The translations under genes and the position numbers were made by a program. Of a stretch of 64,000 nucleotides of DNA, positions 1 through 11,080 are shown in pieces (position 1 is the stretch's first letter; each line of letters opens with the position of its first letter). The stretch comes from a virus, in the IMG/VR virus record IMGVR_UViG_3300042898_000786, positions 1 to 64,000 of that record; one strand, 5' to 3'. The notes beneath the pieces are model-generated. The model worked only from the letters and a program-made list of their open reading frames with translations. It did no database searches and was not told the origin of the DNA.

Positions 1-521
1 CTGAAAACGGTGGATTCACCGTAAAGCGTGGTAATGCCGCCAACGTATCGTTCCTGTGGGACGAGACAAACGACCGATTCACTACGGTTGACCAGCCATT
101 GCACGTCGGTAGCCTACCTTCACTAACACCGAGTGGAACAACGACCGACCACTTCATTATGCAGAGCAATGCAAATGGTCAAGCTGGAGTTCTTCGTTTG
201 GCTACGTTTACTGCGGTTGCTAACTATCTCGGTCTTCCCATACACTTCTCACTTGACGACGCTCAGGGTAATGTATCAAAGGCCGCTAACGCATACACGG
301 TTACTCACAACTTTGGGACTAAGGCTGTTATGGCTGAGGTTATTGCATACGCAACTCAAGAGACTGTTATTGTTGATATAACCAGACCCACAGTTAATAC
401 CATTGTAGTTACATTCGGTGGGGCGGTAACGGACAATACACACTACGTTGTATTACAAGCGTCAAAGCGCACTGGTGATACGGTAGCTGGCTCAGTAGAG
501 GGTGACGCTCCTGCCTCATAA
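1..521 (+). CDS. tail/virion structural protein, 5' truncated
   Basis: Frame open from position 3 (ENGGFTVKRGNAANVSFLWDETNDRF...THNFGT), fibre-like motifs, followed by terminator. Confidence 0.6.
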   Translation, partial: ENGGFTVKRGNAANVSFLWDETNDRFTTVDQPLHVGSLPSLTPSGTTTDHFIMQSNANGQAGVLRLATFTAVANYLGLPIHFSLDDAQGNVSKAANAYTVTHNFGTKAVMAEVIAYATQETVIVDITRPTVNTIVVTFGGAVTDNTHYVVLQASKRTGDTVAGSVEGDAPAS

Positions 522-551
522 CAATTAATTGCCAATAGCTAAGCAAATATA

Positions 552-580
552 GGGGGGGGCAATGGCCCCCCTTTTATTTT
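552..580 (+). terminator. intrinsic terminator
   Basis: GGGGGGC-AATG-GCCCCCC followed by TTTTATTTT. Confidence 0.8.
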
Positions 581-581
581 G

Positions 582-589
582 TACTTTTG
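582..589 (+). promoter_or_regulatory. Bacteroidota -7 promoter box TACTTTTG
   Basis: Matches TAnnTTTG just after terminator, upstream of tail fibre. Confidence 0.65.
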
Positions 590-615
590 CTTATGCTGTA
601 TAAGTTTGGTAAACT

Positions 616-3600
616 ATGAAGTTTTTATCTCAAATTAATGTCAACACGGAGTACACCCTTCCGATGGTTGATGGAACAAACGGACAGGTGCTATCCACCG
701 ATGGTAATGGTGTTGCTTATTGGGGTACCATCAGTATCGGTTCACTACCCCTCGATGGGCTTTCGGATGTAATCATCACCTCTCCGTCTAGCGACCAAAT
801 GCTACGCTACGGCCTCCGGCAGGGGGATACCGTACCCGTATGGCATAACTTCACGCCGAACTTCCTAACCCCATCATCGTCCATTGATGCGCTTAATGAT
901 GTAACCATTACTAGTGCGGCCACTGGGCAGGTATTACAGTGGAGTGGTAGCGCCTGGGTTAACGCCACAGTTACAAGTGCTGGTTATGTATCTAAGGTAC
1001 AGCACGAGGTAAAGGCCGGTGTGGCGATTACAAAAGGGCAAGCGTTATATGTTACTGGGGCAGATGGCACAAATATGGTTGTAGGTAAAGCCTCAAACGT
1101 ATCTGAAGCTATGTCTTCTAAGACCATAGGTCTAGCCGCCGCTTCTGCCGCAGTAAATGGTAAGTTTTTCGTAATTACCGAGGGTCTTATTGATGGATTA
1201 AATACATCTTCCGCTAACGCAGGTGATGCTGTTTGGTTAGGCGTAGATGGAGCTTTAATCTTTGGACTCACAAACAAACCTGTAGCTCCAGCCCACTTAG
1301 TTTACCTTGGTGTCGTAACCAGAGTAAATCAGAACAACGGAGAGATTTTTGTTAGCATACAGAATGGCTTTGAGCTTAAAGAACTTCACGATGTGCTCAT
1401 CAATGGAGTTACCACCGGACAGCTAATCAGAAGAGAGGCTGATGGTCTTTGGAAGAACTGGACCCCTAACTTCCTTACTTCGCTACCTGCTCACAACCAT
1501 AACGATATATATTATACCGAGGAGGATATTGATGCGTTCTTTGGTGGAGATACTGCCATCGGTGGATACAACCAAAGTAACTGGGATGTAGCTTACAACG
1601 ATAAGATTAACAGCGCATCGTTTAGTACTACCACTGGCGTCCTTACTCTTACTCAGCAAGATACAGGCACCGTAACGGTAGACCTTGATGGTCGCTATCT
1701 TGAGTCTGAGGCTGATACCCTTCAAAGTGTAACATCAAGAGGGTCATCTACAAATACAGATATCCGTATTAAGAGACCAGCTAACAAAGTAGACAATGCT
1801 AGTTGTACAGAGTTACCTTCTAGAGTAGAATTTAACAACGCATTCGTAGCTGGTTCTACTGGTTATACTGTATTCACATACCCAACGTCATCTGTATTTA
1901 GAATATATGGAGACTATGACGGTAATGTGGGTGGGGTTCAACCAGACCTTCAGTTGGGGTTGGGGTACTTGACAGTTAAGAATAGTGGAGCTACTATAGG
2001 CAACGTCGGCATTGGTACGACGGCGCCAGCGGCTCCTCTAGATGTTAACGGTAACGTATACATAAGAGCGGCCGGTGCTTTATATACAAATACAATAGCA
2101 GGTTATTCCACTAATGTTGTTTCTATAGGAGCAAGTACAAATTTTATAGTGCCATCCGGTAATGTCGGAATAAGAACAACTACTCCTCAAAAGTTTTTAG
2201 ACGTAAATGGAAGTGGAATAGTAGCGTCTTTTGGCGGGGGTCTTAGCCCGGGTAGTTTTGCTGGTATTCACTTTGGTTATTCAGAATCATACGTTAATAA
2301 TGATAACTATAAGAAATCAGCATTAGTATTTGAAAGGACAGACAATCACGGTCAAGGCGGTAACGCTTCCGGAAAGATACACTTCCTACTTAATAATATA
2401 GGCTCAGGGTCGGCTACATCTCTGGCCCACTCCGTGATGGTAATTGATACAAACTCTACTGCCACCCAAGGGTCTGCTAGAGTCGGTATAGGAACAACTT
2501 CTCCGAACGCAACTCTTGATGTAAACGGAGCAGCCAACGCCACATCATTCTCGTCAACGGCGTTATTGATTGCAAACGCAGACACAAGCGGAAGTCTTCA
2601 ACCAGACCAAGGAGACCCAGCCAATAAGATTTACTCTTTTAGATGGCAGGGTAATGAGGTCGGATACATTGACACTGACAACAAGATAACATTCTCTGGA
2701 TTCAAGACTCCCGCTGGGACATCATCTCAGTTTTTAAAGGCCAACGGAACGGTTGATTCTAACACATACATCACCTCAACCGCCCTTAATGGATACGCCA
2801 CTGAATCTTGGGTAAACACAAACTATTACAATCGGGACCAGATTGATGACTTCTTCGGTGGGGCTGAGGCCATTAGCGGATACAATAAGTCTAACTGGGA
2901 TGCGGCCTACAACGATAAGATTAACAGCGCATCGTTTAGCACCACGACCGGTGTACTTACGCTCACTCAGCAGGACACAGGCACCGTTACTGTAGACCTC
3001 GACGGTCGATACCTTGAGTCTCTACCTGCTCACAATCACGATGACAGGTACTACACTGAAACAGAATCTGATTCTAGGTATATAAACGCATCTGGAGACA
3101 CAATGAGCGGCAGTTTATCGTTTGATGCGGCTGCTGTAATTAAAAAGAAAATTACTGGCGTTGGTGATAATCCCGTAAAGACCGCATCTGGAGTTTTAGC
3201 GTCTCGTTCTGACAATGGTGGTGGGGCTACGTATTACATTATTGAAACTACTGTACCGCAAGATGATTATCAAATGGGTGGTTTCACCATTGAATTATTT
3301 GGAAGATATGGCGAAACAAATAACAAAACAAAGATTGACCTAGGCGGGTATTGGAATCCGGAGGGGAATGGTGGCTTTGCGGGATTTGAGGCTCACGGTA
3401 CAAACCCAGAGTATAAGCCTACGATTCAAGTCGCGAGAAACAACAACTCTGGTAATACCGCATTTATTATTTCTGGTGTTTCTTGGTCATATCCTGTTAT
3501 TGTTGCAAGAGACCTTTGGTTAGGATACAATAGCACAGATGGTGGGTCATATGGCGAGGGTTGGGTTATTGCTTCTGCAAACAACCTTGATTCTTATTCA

Positions 3601-5874
3601 AATAGAGACACTGTAGTTTGGAGAAATGGATATTCTGATTCTAACCCCGCTGGATATATTACTGGTTATACTGAAACTGATACTCTTTCTTCAGTAACTG
3701 GTAGGGGAGCTACAACTTCTACTCCAATAACTATTAATGGTGGAGGTGCTCAACCTCTTACTTTAACAACAGCTAATGGTTCTCCTTGGCATATTGCTTT
3801 AGTACGTAATGATTTAGGTCTTACTAGTAGAGTATTTGCTTATAACATTCCTTACAATGGTTGGTATTTTGAACATAATATAATTATTGCTGGTAATACA
3901 AACTGGCATAGTGGCAACCTTACCAACCTAAATCAGCTTAGTAACGGTCCTGGATATATCACCTCATCAGGTAATACTAGCGGATACTCTGGGTCTTTAT
4001 TAGCTGACGATAACCGAACAATTTCTCCGTCTGAGATAGGCGCAAATCAATTAAAATTCGGTTTTACTTCTTGGGGAAATAATAATACTTCACCTTGGGC
4101 TGACTACCTACATCTCCGCTCTTACGGGGATGGTTCAGGTGGTTCAGACAATCTTGTTATGTTCAAGAAGTCTGGTATTGGGATGCGTATCTGGCAGCAG
4201 ACATTCGGTTCTGCCACCGCATACTCGTCATACGCTGATGTTTGGACAACCGGAGATTTTACATCTAGCAACGTATCAAGTTGGAATACTGCTTATGGCT
4301 GGGGAGACCACGCCAGTGTAGGTTATGCTACTGAGGAGTTTGTTACTGGTCAAGGTTACCTAACATCCTTACCTGCTCACAACCACGATGACAGGTATTA
4401 CACTGAAACTGAGTCAGACGCTAGATATCCTTTATCCAGAGGTACACTAGGTACAACAACAAATGTTGGTGATGCAACTGGATTTGGAAATAATTTAGCA
4501 TCTGGTACATATACTAGAAATTATGTTGGTCATTCTGGACAAGTGTGGATGTCCCACGATACTGGGGGTAGTACTGGAAATTTTGCATTAGAAGTAACAT
4601 ATTATGGTGCTATGTATGTCCACACAAATGTGGATAGTTCTTCTTGGGTAACAAAGCAAATATGGACTTCAGATACATTTGCTAATAACTCCTCTAACTG
4701 GAATACTGCATTTGGATGGGGTAACCACGCCGGGGCTAATTATATAGTAAGAGGCTCAACGCAATCACCGGGGTCGTGGCCAGAGGCTACAAAATTCCAG
4801 TCGTCGGGAGACATTGGAACTGATACATCGAGTGCTCACTCATTGCAGATTTACTCTGCCGAAGGGAATGACGCATTTATGGCGTTTCACATATCCAACG
4901 ATTTTGCTGTATTTTTTGGTCTTGACAACACCACGAATAGACTCTATACTGGCGGTTGGTCTGATGGAAACAACAAGTATCAACTTTGGGATACTAGAGA
5001 TTTTACATCTACTAACGTATCAAACTGGAACACGGCCTACAACGACAGGATTTCTTCTGCTACAGTAACGGGAACTACTACCAAGACACTTACCCTCACT
5101 CAGGGTGACGGAGGTACCGTTACCGCCTCGTGGACAGATTACGATACTGATAATGACGCGCAGCAATTATCTTACGACCCCGGTGCAAACCAACTCTCTA
5201 TATCTAACGGTAATAGCATTATCCTTACAGGATTAGCTACCGAAGAGTTTGTCACAGGTCAGGGGTATATTACTGGTTCTTATTTACCACTTTCAGGGGG
5301 CACACTAAGTGGCGCCGTTGTTGTAAACTTAGGAAACGTATCTTCTGATACTGTTGCATTTAAGGTGGGTGGTCCGTCAAACTACGACTCCCTTACCATC
5401 GGTATGGAGGACACTCCTGACTATGATGCGTTCATTGCTTCCTATGGTAACGATATACGCTTCTATTCTGGTAAAGGTTTAAGCTCAGAAAACCACAGTT
5501 TCTATTGGTTCACAAGTAAGGCAGGAACAGCACAGCACGGCGTTGTCGCAATGCAGCTTGACCATAATCAGAACTTGACTATTGGTGGAACATTTACCGA
5601 GCAATCATCTATTCGATACAAGGAAAACGTAAAGTCTATACCTAGCGTATCACAGAAGGTAGAGAAACTTGATGCTGTATCCTACAATAAGATTGGGAAC
5701 AAAGAAGAAGAGATTGGTCTCATCGCAGAGGACGTAGCCGAGCTATTCCCAGAGGTAGTAAAATATGATAATGAGGGTAGGCCTGACGGGGTCAACTACT
5801 CTCGCCTGAGCGTAATTTTGCTGAAGGCTGTACAGGAATTAACAGAACGAGTAAACAAGTTAGAAAACAAGTAA
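616..5874 (+). CDS. long tail fibre with C-terminal peptidase S74 chaperone domain
   Basis: G/S/T/N-rich, GNVGIGTT repeats, HNHDDRYYTE repeats, C-terminal SSIRYKENV...IGLIAEDV...coiled coil. Confidence 0.85.
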   Translation: MKFLSQINVNTEYTLPMVDGTNGQVLSTDGNGVAYWGTISIGSLPLDGLSDVIITSPSSDQMLRYGLRQGDTVPVWHNFTPNFLTPSSSIDALNDVTITSAATGQVLQWSGSAWVNATVTSAGYVSKVQHEVKAGVAITKGQALYVTGADGTNMVVGKASNVSEAMSSKTIGLAAASAAVNGKFFVITEGLIDGLNTSSANAGDAVWLGVDGALIFGLTNKPVAPAHLVYLGVVTRVNQNNGEIFVSIQNGFELKELHDVLINGVTTGQLIRREADGLWKNWTPNFLTSLPAHNHNDIYYTEEDIDAFFGGDTAIGGYNQSNWDVAYNDKINSASFSTTTGVLTLTQQDTGTVTVDLDGRYLESEADTLQSVTSRGSSTNTDIRIKRPANKVDNASCTELPSRVEFNNAFVAGSTGYTVFTYPTSSVFRIYGDYDGNVGGVQPDLQLGLGYLTVKNSGATIGNVGIGTTAPAAPLDVNGNVYIRAAGALYTNTIAGYSTNVVSIGASTNFIVPSGNVGIRTTTPQKFLDVNGSGIVASFGGGLSPGSFAGIHFGYSESYVNNDNYKKSALVFERTDNHGQGGNASGKIHFLLNNIGSGSATSLAHSVMVIDTNSTATQGSARVGIGTTSPNATLDVNGAANATSFSSTALLIANADTSGSLQPDQGDPANKIYSFRWQGNEVGYIDTDNKITFSGFKTPAGTSSQFLKANGTVDSNTYITSTALNGYATESWVNTNYYNRDQIDDFFGGAEAISGYNKSNWDAAYNDKINSASFSTTTGVLTLTQQDTGTVTVDLDGRYLESLPAHNHDDRYYTETESDSRYINASGDTMSGSLSFDAAAVIKKKITGVGDNPVKTASGVLASRSDNGGGATYYIIETTVPQDDYQMGGFTIELFGRYGETNNKTKIDLGGYWNPEGNGGFAGFEAHGTNPEYKPTIQVARNNNSGNTAFIISGVSWSYPVIVARDLWLGYNSTDGGSYGEGWVIASANNLDSYSNRDTVVWRNGYSDSNPAGYITGYTETDTLSSVTGRGATTSTPITINGGGAQPLTLTTANGSPWHIALVRNDLGLTSRVFAYNIPYNGWYFEHNIIIAGNTNWHSGNLTNLNQLSNGPGYITSSGNTSGYSGSLLADDNRTISPSEIGANQLKFGFTSWGNNNTSPWADYLHLRSYGDGSGGSDNLVMFKKSGIGMRIWQQTFGSATAYSSYADVWTTGDFTSSNVSSWNTAYGWGDHASVGYATEEFVTGQGYLTSLPAHNHDDRYYTETESDARYPLSRGTLGTTTNVGDATGFGNNLASGTYTRNYVGHSGQVWMSHDTGGSTGNFALEVTYYGAMYVHTNVDSSSWVTKQIWTSDTFANNSSNWNTAFGWGNHAGANYIVRGSTQSPGSWPEATKFQSSGDIGTDTSSAHSLQIYSAEGNDAFMAFHISNDFAVFFGLDNTTNRLYTGGWSDGNNKYQLWDTRDFTSTNVSNWNTAYNDRISSATVTGTTTKTLTLTQGDGGTVTASWTDYDTDNDAQQLSYDPGANQLSISNGNSIILTGLATEEFVTGQGYITGSYLPLSGGTLSGAVVVNLGNVSSDTVAFKVGGPSNYDSLTIGMEDTPDYDAFIASYGNDIRFYSGKGLSSENHSFYWFTSKAGTAQHGVVAMQLDHNQNLTIGGTFTEQSSIRYKENVKSIPSVSQKVEKLDAVSYNKIGNKEEEIGLIAEDVAELFPEVVKYDNEGRPDGVNYSRLSVILLKAVQELTERVNKLENK
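1594..3021 (+). repeat. intragenic direct repeat (1594-1707 and 2908-3021)
   Basis: Both copies encode YNDKINSASFSTTTGVLTLTQQDTGTVTVDLDGRYLES with only synonymous DNA differences. Confidence 0.9.
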
Positions 5875-5875
5875 T

Positions 5876-8800
5876 ATGGCAAATCTTTTAAGTACTACAT
5901 TATCGGGGAACAACCACATAACACTTGGTCCTAATGCAACTTGGTCATCATACTTAAGAGTTGGTGGCAATGGGTATAGTGTAAGTGGAAATGAATATGC
6001 TTCTGTAGTTACCACTAATGGAAACCTTCACCTTGATGCTGGTACTTCAAGGGCAATATACTTAAACCACTATGCTGGAACATCCGGTGTGGCTTTTGGA
6101 AATGGCGCATCTGGAGTTTCTGCTTGGATGGGTGCCGATGGAGACTTATGGAAGGGTAGCGGTGATAATTCTGGAACTCAGTATGTATACAACTCCGGGA
6201 CCTGGGGAATTAGTATTACGGGTAACGCAGGTAGTTTAGACGGCTATGACTATTCTCAATTTACTGGAGTTCTAGCTAGATATATCACTACTGCTAATAA
6301 TGGTACGAGAATTAGAATAACCGCTCCATTTAACACTGACTCAGGTAAGATGTTTAGTGTTGATATTACTATGTATGCTGGATATACTCAATATAAGTAT
6401 ACCGTTAGTGCTTATATGTATAGTACTACTAATCAATGGTATAATCCAAAAGCATTATTTACTGGCGACGGAGCTCCTGACATATATGTAGGTAGAGATA
6501 ACAGCGGTAAGGCTTATATAAGTATTGCCAATGGAGCCTATACTGGAATTGTAGTAAATAATTTAGTTGGTGGATACGTAGCTTCTGAAGTAGATTCTTA
6601 TAGTCCTTGGGTCATTACACTTGATTCCGGCAACGAAAACTCCGTAGGTGTTAGCGTCATAACGACTATCACATCTAATAACATCGGCTCTCAGTCTGTA
6701 AGCTATGCAACTACTGCGGGTTCTATAACCAGCCAGGCAAACTCTGCAACAATAACGGCAACTACGTCAAATACAGCAAATGCAATAGTATTAAGGGACG
6801 GAAGTGGTGATATATATTCTAGATATTCTTTTAGTAATTATGTCAACACAACTAACAATGATGAAAGCGGAATTACTAGATTCATAATTAAAAACGGGGA
6901 CGACTACCACAGGTCAGCCACTACAACCGTTGCCGCAGATATTATTAGAGGTGTTGCATCGGGAAGTTGGGCTATTAACATTACTGGTAGTGCTGGTTCC
7001 GTAACTAATGGAGTCTATACGACTCAAAGCATAAATAATCTTACTGGTGTTTTAAATTTTGGAGTACACAACGCGACCCCATACAACGACGCAACTGGAG
7101 TCAGCAACGGAATCGCCTTTGGTGGGATAGAGTCATCTACATTAAGGACATACGGCATTTTTACTGAATTAGAAAACATTGGAGGGAATTATTCTAAGTT
7201 AACATTAAATTACCACACCGGGATTAGAATTGGAGCATCTTCCTCGTACGGAGGAACAAGGTTTTACAATAATTTTGCGGGTGGTTCAGGCGGTGGCTCT
7301 GTGATATTTTCAGTAGGTAATGGAGATAACCACGTTAGAGTATTAAATAATTTATATGTTACAGGTACTGTAACTGGAAGTAATTTAAGTGGAACTAACA
7401 CAGGCGACCAGACTAATATATCAGGCAACGCTGCGACAGCTACAAGTGCGGGTACAGTAACTGGGTCTTCTACTATAGGAGGATATCTTACATTAGCTAC
7501 TGACTGGGGTGTAAGTCCTTACACAGCAGCTTTTAATATTGTTGGTACACATCCGTCAATGGTTTTTAGAGGCAGTAATGGAGATACACATTACTTAATC
7601 CATATGGATTCTGCTGGAGATATACAATATTATTTTGGACCAGGATATACAACTAATAACTGGACTCAAAGATATACGTTTACCAAAGGTGGGGACTTTA
7701 GTGTTCGTACTGGAAATATTTCAGCATCAGGTACAATTACTGGTTCTAACTTATCAGGCACTAACACAGGAGACCAAACTAATATTAGTGGTAATGCGGC
7801 AACTGCAACATATGCAACTACTGCGGGTGCATTAACCTCAATGAACATCTCTCAGTTCACAAATAATAGTGGATATATTACGGGTACTTATGTTGTTGCC
7901 AATGGAACCAGTGCTGGTGATATTGATGCCGATTGGGGTCAATCATTTAAAACCTTTGACCCGGTACCGAGCGGTACACCACCATTAGCATCACCAAATA
8001 TTAGAACAATAAACATTGGTGAGAACTATGCAAGAAGAACACAATTAGCATTTGATTATGCATCGGATGTTGCTTATTTTAGAAGAAGAAATGACAGTGG
8101 ATGGCAAACTTGGAGAGAGTTTATTCATAGTGGTAATATTGGTTCACAAACTGTAGCAACTGCTGGAAATGCCACAACAGTTGGAGGATTAGCCGTTCAC
8201 GCTGGTAGAAACAATGAAGTAAACAAAATTGTAAGAACAGATGCCAATGGATATATTCAAGCGGGATGGATTAACACAACTTCTGGAGCATTTTCAAGTG
8301 GTATAAATAAAATATATTGTTCTGATGATGACTATATGCGTTATCAAACTCCAGCAAACTTTATATCAAACTTGGGATTAATTACTACTGGTAATATAGG
8401 TTCTCAGTCAGTATCAACAGCAACAAATTTATATGGACTTGGTACCATACAATCAACTTCAACGGGAACATCTTATCAAAATAACTATCAAGTAAGAGAA
8501 AATTCCGGAGGTAGTGGAAATACAAGTGAGATATATGCACCTCAGTTAGCATTCCATTGGGGAGGTATTGTTGCTTCTAGTATTATGATGGAGTCTAGTG
8601 GTAGGATAGCTATTAGAAATAATCCAGGAAGTAGTTATGAGAACTTTATAGCTAATATAGTATACGCTTCCTCCGATATGCGTGCTCCTATCTTCTACGA
8701 TTCTCAGGACACTACATATTATTTAGACCCCAACAGTAGTGTGTCTGGAATTTTTGCAGGTAGTGTGGGAATCAATAACACATCTCCAGTTAATGCTAAT

Positions 8801-10249
8801 TGGGGTAACGCTAGTAATACAAAACAACTGTCCATTAATGCCACTGATTACGCAGTAATAAATCTTTTGGGGGGCTCTAGAAGATTCTCTATGGGGGTCG
8901 GTGATAACATATTTTATATGTGTTATGATAATACAGCTGGTAGACACAATATTACTGTAAGTAGTAGCGGTAGTGTTAGCATACCTGTTGATGTTAGGTC
9001 TCCAATTTTCTACGACTCACAGGATACTGCATATTACGGAGACTTTGCAAGCACGTCAAGAATGAATGCTATAGTTTATGATAATTTATATTTTTCAGGA
9101 GACCAAACGTATGGTTTTATTGGTAGGAATGTTTATGCTGATACTATTAACGGCAGAGGCTCCGACCCATTAGAATTAAACTATTATGATGGTGGTTCTG
9201 TAATCATAGGCACGGGTGCTACAGGAAGTAAGGCATTATATGCTGGTTCATTATTCTCTGGTGGTAGTGCTGTAATAACCGCAGCAAACATCGGCTCTCA
9301 GTCGGTAAGTTATGCTGCATCCGCTGGTGGTGTCTCTTGGGCTAATGTATCAAGCAAGCCATCCAGATGGCTTAATACTACAACCTTAATTGATAACAAC
9401 GAACCAGACACAATAACGGAAAGCGGATTCTGGCAAAGTTATCTTGGCTCTGGGAACCCAACTGGAACTTGGTTTAACTACGTTAATGTAAGGCACTCAA
9501 ATCCTGGGAATGCACACGGATTCCAATTAGGTATGTCTTACTACGACAATAACTTGTGGTTTAGAAGTTATTCGGGTAACGTAACATATCTGTCTTGGTC
9601 TAGGGCACTAGGAACAAACACTGACCCGTATCCATCAAATATGAACCAGTATGTGAGGACCACGGATGACGTTACTCACAACTCTACCACGTCTACGCTG
9701 TTCTTAGTAAACGGACACTCAGATAACACTAAAGGATACCGTATTCACAACACTAGCGGTTCATCTGTCAGTGCAATGTTTACCAACTCATCCAACCAGC
9801 TAGTAATAGCCGCAGGTGCGGTTGACCAGATAAACCTCAATAAGAAGGTATATGTAAACGGTGTGGCACTCGGTGTTAACGTAGCGCCATCAGCAACCGC
9901 TGGACGTATTGACGCCTCCAACGACATCGTGGCATTCTCATCCTCTGACGAACGTCTTAAGGATAACATCACACCCATTGAGAACGCACTTAACAAAGTG
10001 AAGTCACTCACCGGAGTAGAGTTTGACTGGAAGCCAGAACATAAGGAAGCACACGGACACGAAGGACGTGATACGGGTATCATAGCACAGCAGGTGTTAG
10101 CCGTTATGCCATCTGCCGTTAGGACTAACGATACAGGCTACCTAGCCGTACGCTACGAGAAGCTCATCGGTCTCTTGATTGAGGGTATGAAAGAGCAGCA
10201 GACACAGATTGATGAACTTAAAACTAAGCTAGATGGCCTTACAAAGTAG
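5876..10249 (+). CDS. second tail fibre with C-terminal peptidase S74 chaperone domain
   Basis: NIGSQSV, GTNTGDQTNISGNAATAT and PIFYDSQDT repeats; C-terminal SSDERLKDNI...GIIAQQV...YEKLIGLLIE. Confidence 0.85.
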   Translation: MANLLSTTLSGNNHITLGPNATWSSYLRVGGNGYSVSGNEYASVVTTNGNLHLDAGTSRAIYLNHYAGTSGVAFGNGASGVSAWMGADGDLWKGSGDNSGTQYVYNSGTWGISITGNAGSLDGYDYSQFTGVLARYITTANNGTRIRITAPFNTDSGKMFSVDITMYAGYTQYKYTVSAYMYSTTNQWYNPKALFTGDGAPDIYVGRDNSGKAYISIANGAYTGIVVNNLVGGYVASEVDSYSPWVITLDSGNENSVGVSVITTITSNNIGSQSVSYATTAGSITSQANSATITATTSNTANAIVLRDGSGDIYSRYSFSNYVNTTNNDESGITRFIIKNGDDYHRSATTTVAADIIRGVASGSWAINITGSAGSVTNGVYTTQSINNLTGVLNFGVHNATPYNDATGVSNGIAFGGIESSTLRTYGIFTELENIGGNYSKLTLNYHTGIRIGASSSYGGTRFYNNFAGGSGGGSVIFSVGNGDNHVRVLNNLYVTGTVTGSNLSGTNTGDQTNISGNAATATSAGTVTGSSTIGGYLTLATDWGVSPYTAAFNIVGTHPSMVFRGSNGDTHYLIHMDSAGDIQYYFGPGYTTNNWTQRYTFTKGGDFSVRTGNISASGTITGSNLSGTNTGDQTNISGNAATATYATTAGALTSMNISQFTNNSGYITGTYVVANGTSAGDIDADWGQSFKTFDPVPSGTPPLASPNIRTINIGENYARRTQLAFDYASDVAYFRRRNDSGWQTWREFIHSGNIGSQTVATAGNATTVGGLAVHAGRNNEVNKIVRTDANGYIQAGWINTTSGAFSSGINKIYCSDDDYMRYQTPANFISNLGLITTGNIGSQSVSTATNLYGLGTIQSTSTGTSYQNNYQVRENSGGSGNTSEIYAPQLAFHWGGIVASSIMMESSGRIAIRNNPGSSYENFIANIVYASSDMRAPIFYDSQDTTYYLDPNSSVSGIFAGSVGINNTSPVNANWGNASNTKQLSINATDYAVINLLGGSRRFSMGVGDNIFYMCYDNTAGRHNITVSSSGSVSIPVDVRSPIFYDSQDTAYYGDFASTSRMNAIVYDNLYFSGDQTYGFIGRNVYADTINGRGSDPLELNYYDGGSVIIGTGATGSKALYAGSLFSGGSAVITAANIGSQSVSYAASAGGVSWANVSSKPSRWLNTTTLIDNNEPDTITESGFWQSYLGSGNPTGTWFNYVNVRHSNPGNAHGFQLGMSYYDNNLWFRSYSGNVTYLSWSRALGTNTDPYPSNMNQYVRTTDDVTHNSTTSTLFLVNGHSDNTKGYRIHNTSGSSVSAMFTNSSNQLVIAAGAVDQINLNKKVYVNGVALGVNVAPSATAGRIDASNDIVAFSSSDERLKDNITPIENALNKVKSLTGVEFDWKPEHKEAHGHEGRDTGIIAQQVLAVMPSAVRTNDTGYLAVRYEKLIGLLIEGMKEQQTQIDELKTKLDGLTK

Positions 10250-10628
10250 TGGTGCAATAAGCATAGATAACATCAGGACAGAATTAGGTCAAGCACAGGC
10301 AAACAGCTCGTTGCGTGCGCTATCGGCATTGGCTAATTTTTCTTCTCCTGATGCTATGAGTGAGTTCTATGGCTTCTCCGCCGCAACTGAATACCAGTTC
10401 TATCAAGGAGACGGAGGGGGTTTTGGAAATTTCGCTGAGGCCTGCTCTGATGCATCGAATCCTTTAACTCTATATTCGGCATCTACGTCATTAGCGGTAA
10501 ATGTGTATCTATACAATGATGCTGCATTAACTAGTCCTTTTGACGGAGGTGGCCTATGGTATAAATATGGAGCATCAGTATATGAAATAAGAAACGGTGG
10601 TAAGATAGATGCTGTTCGTGGTTGCTAA
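10233..10628 (+). CDS. tail-fibre-associated virion protein
   Basis: MALQSSGAIS..IRTELG N-terminus typical of small genes after phage fibres. Confidence 0.6.
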   Translation: MALQSSGAISIDNIRTELGQAQANSSLRALSALANFSSPDAMSEFYGFSAATEYQFYQGDGGGFGNFAEACSDASNPLTLYSASTSLAVNVYLYNDAALTSPFDGGGLWYKYGASVYEIRNGGKIDAVRGC

Positions 10629-10665
10629 TCTTTTTGTATATTTGTATAACTAATTAGTAATCAAA

Positions 10666-11046
10666 ATGGCTGTAATCGCAACTGTAGATAAATTCGGGAT
10701 GACTTTCTCCGAAGCATATCATAAAATCACTCGTCTAACATACGAGTCAACCGACCAGAAAACATACATCTACGCGGCACCTGTGGCCGCTACCGTAGAT
10801 GCCGACGGTGCACCCGTGCCCACTATGCCTACGCCTCCCATGGAGACTTGGGTAAAGAAGAACTTCTGCCACATCGAGGTGGCTACCTACGCGACTGAAG
10901 AGACTCGTGAGAATCACTCTGAGCCTATCTATCGCACGCACCTTAACTTCGAAGCTATCGTTAGCGCCGAAGCCGCCGACATCATCGTTCAGGCATACGA
11001 GTACCTAAAGGCTCAGCCAGGATACGAAGATTCGGTAGACTGTTAG
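10666..11046 (+). CDS. putative tail fibre assembly chaperone
   Basis: Position, and C-terminal QAYEYLK...DC motif; TATATTTG box at 10637-10644. Confidence 0.5.
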   Translation: MAVIATVDKFGMTFSEAYHKITRLTYESTDQKTYIYAAPVAATVDADGAPVPTMPTPPMETWVKKNFCHIEVATYATEETRENHSEPIYRTHLNFEAIVSAEAADIIVQAYEYLKAQPGYEDSVDC

Positions 11047-11080
11047 TCCTTTCTTTTCTTAATTTTAATTCTATTTTATT

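Noticed and set aside
616-10249. Diversity-generating retroelement acting on tail fibres
   Set aside because: No reverse transcriptase in the window; repeat differences are synonymous rather than adenine-specific
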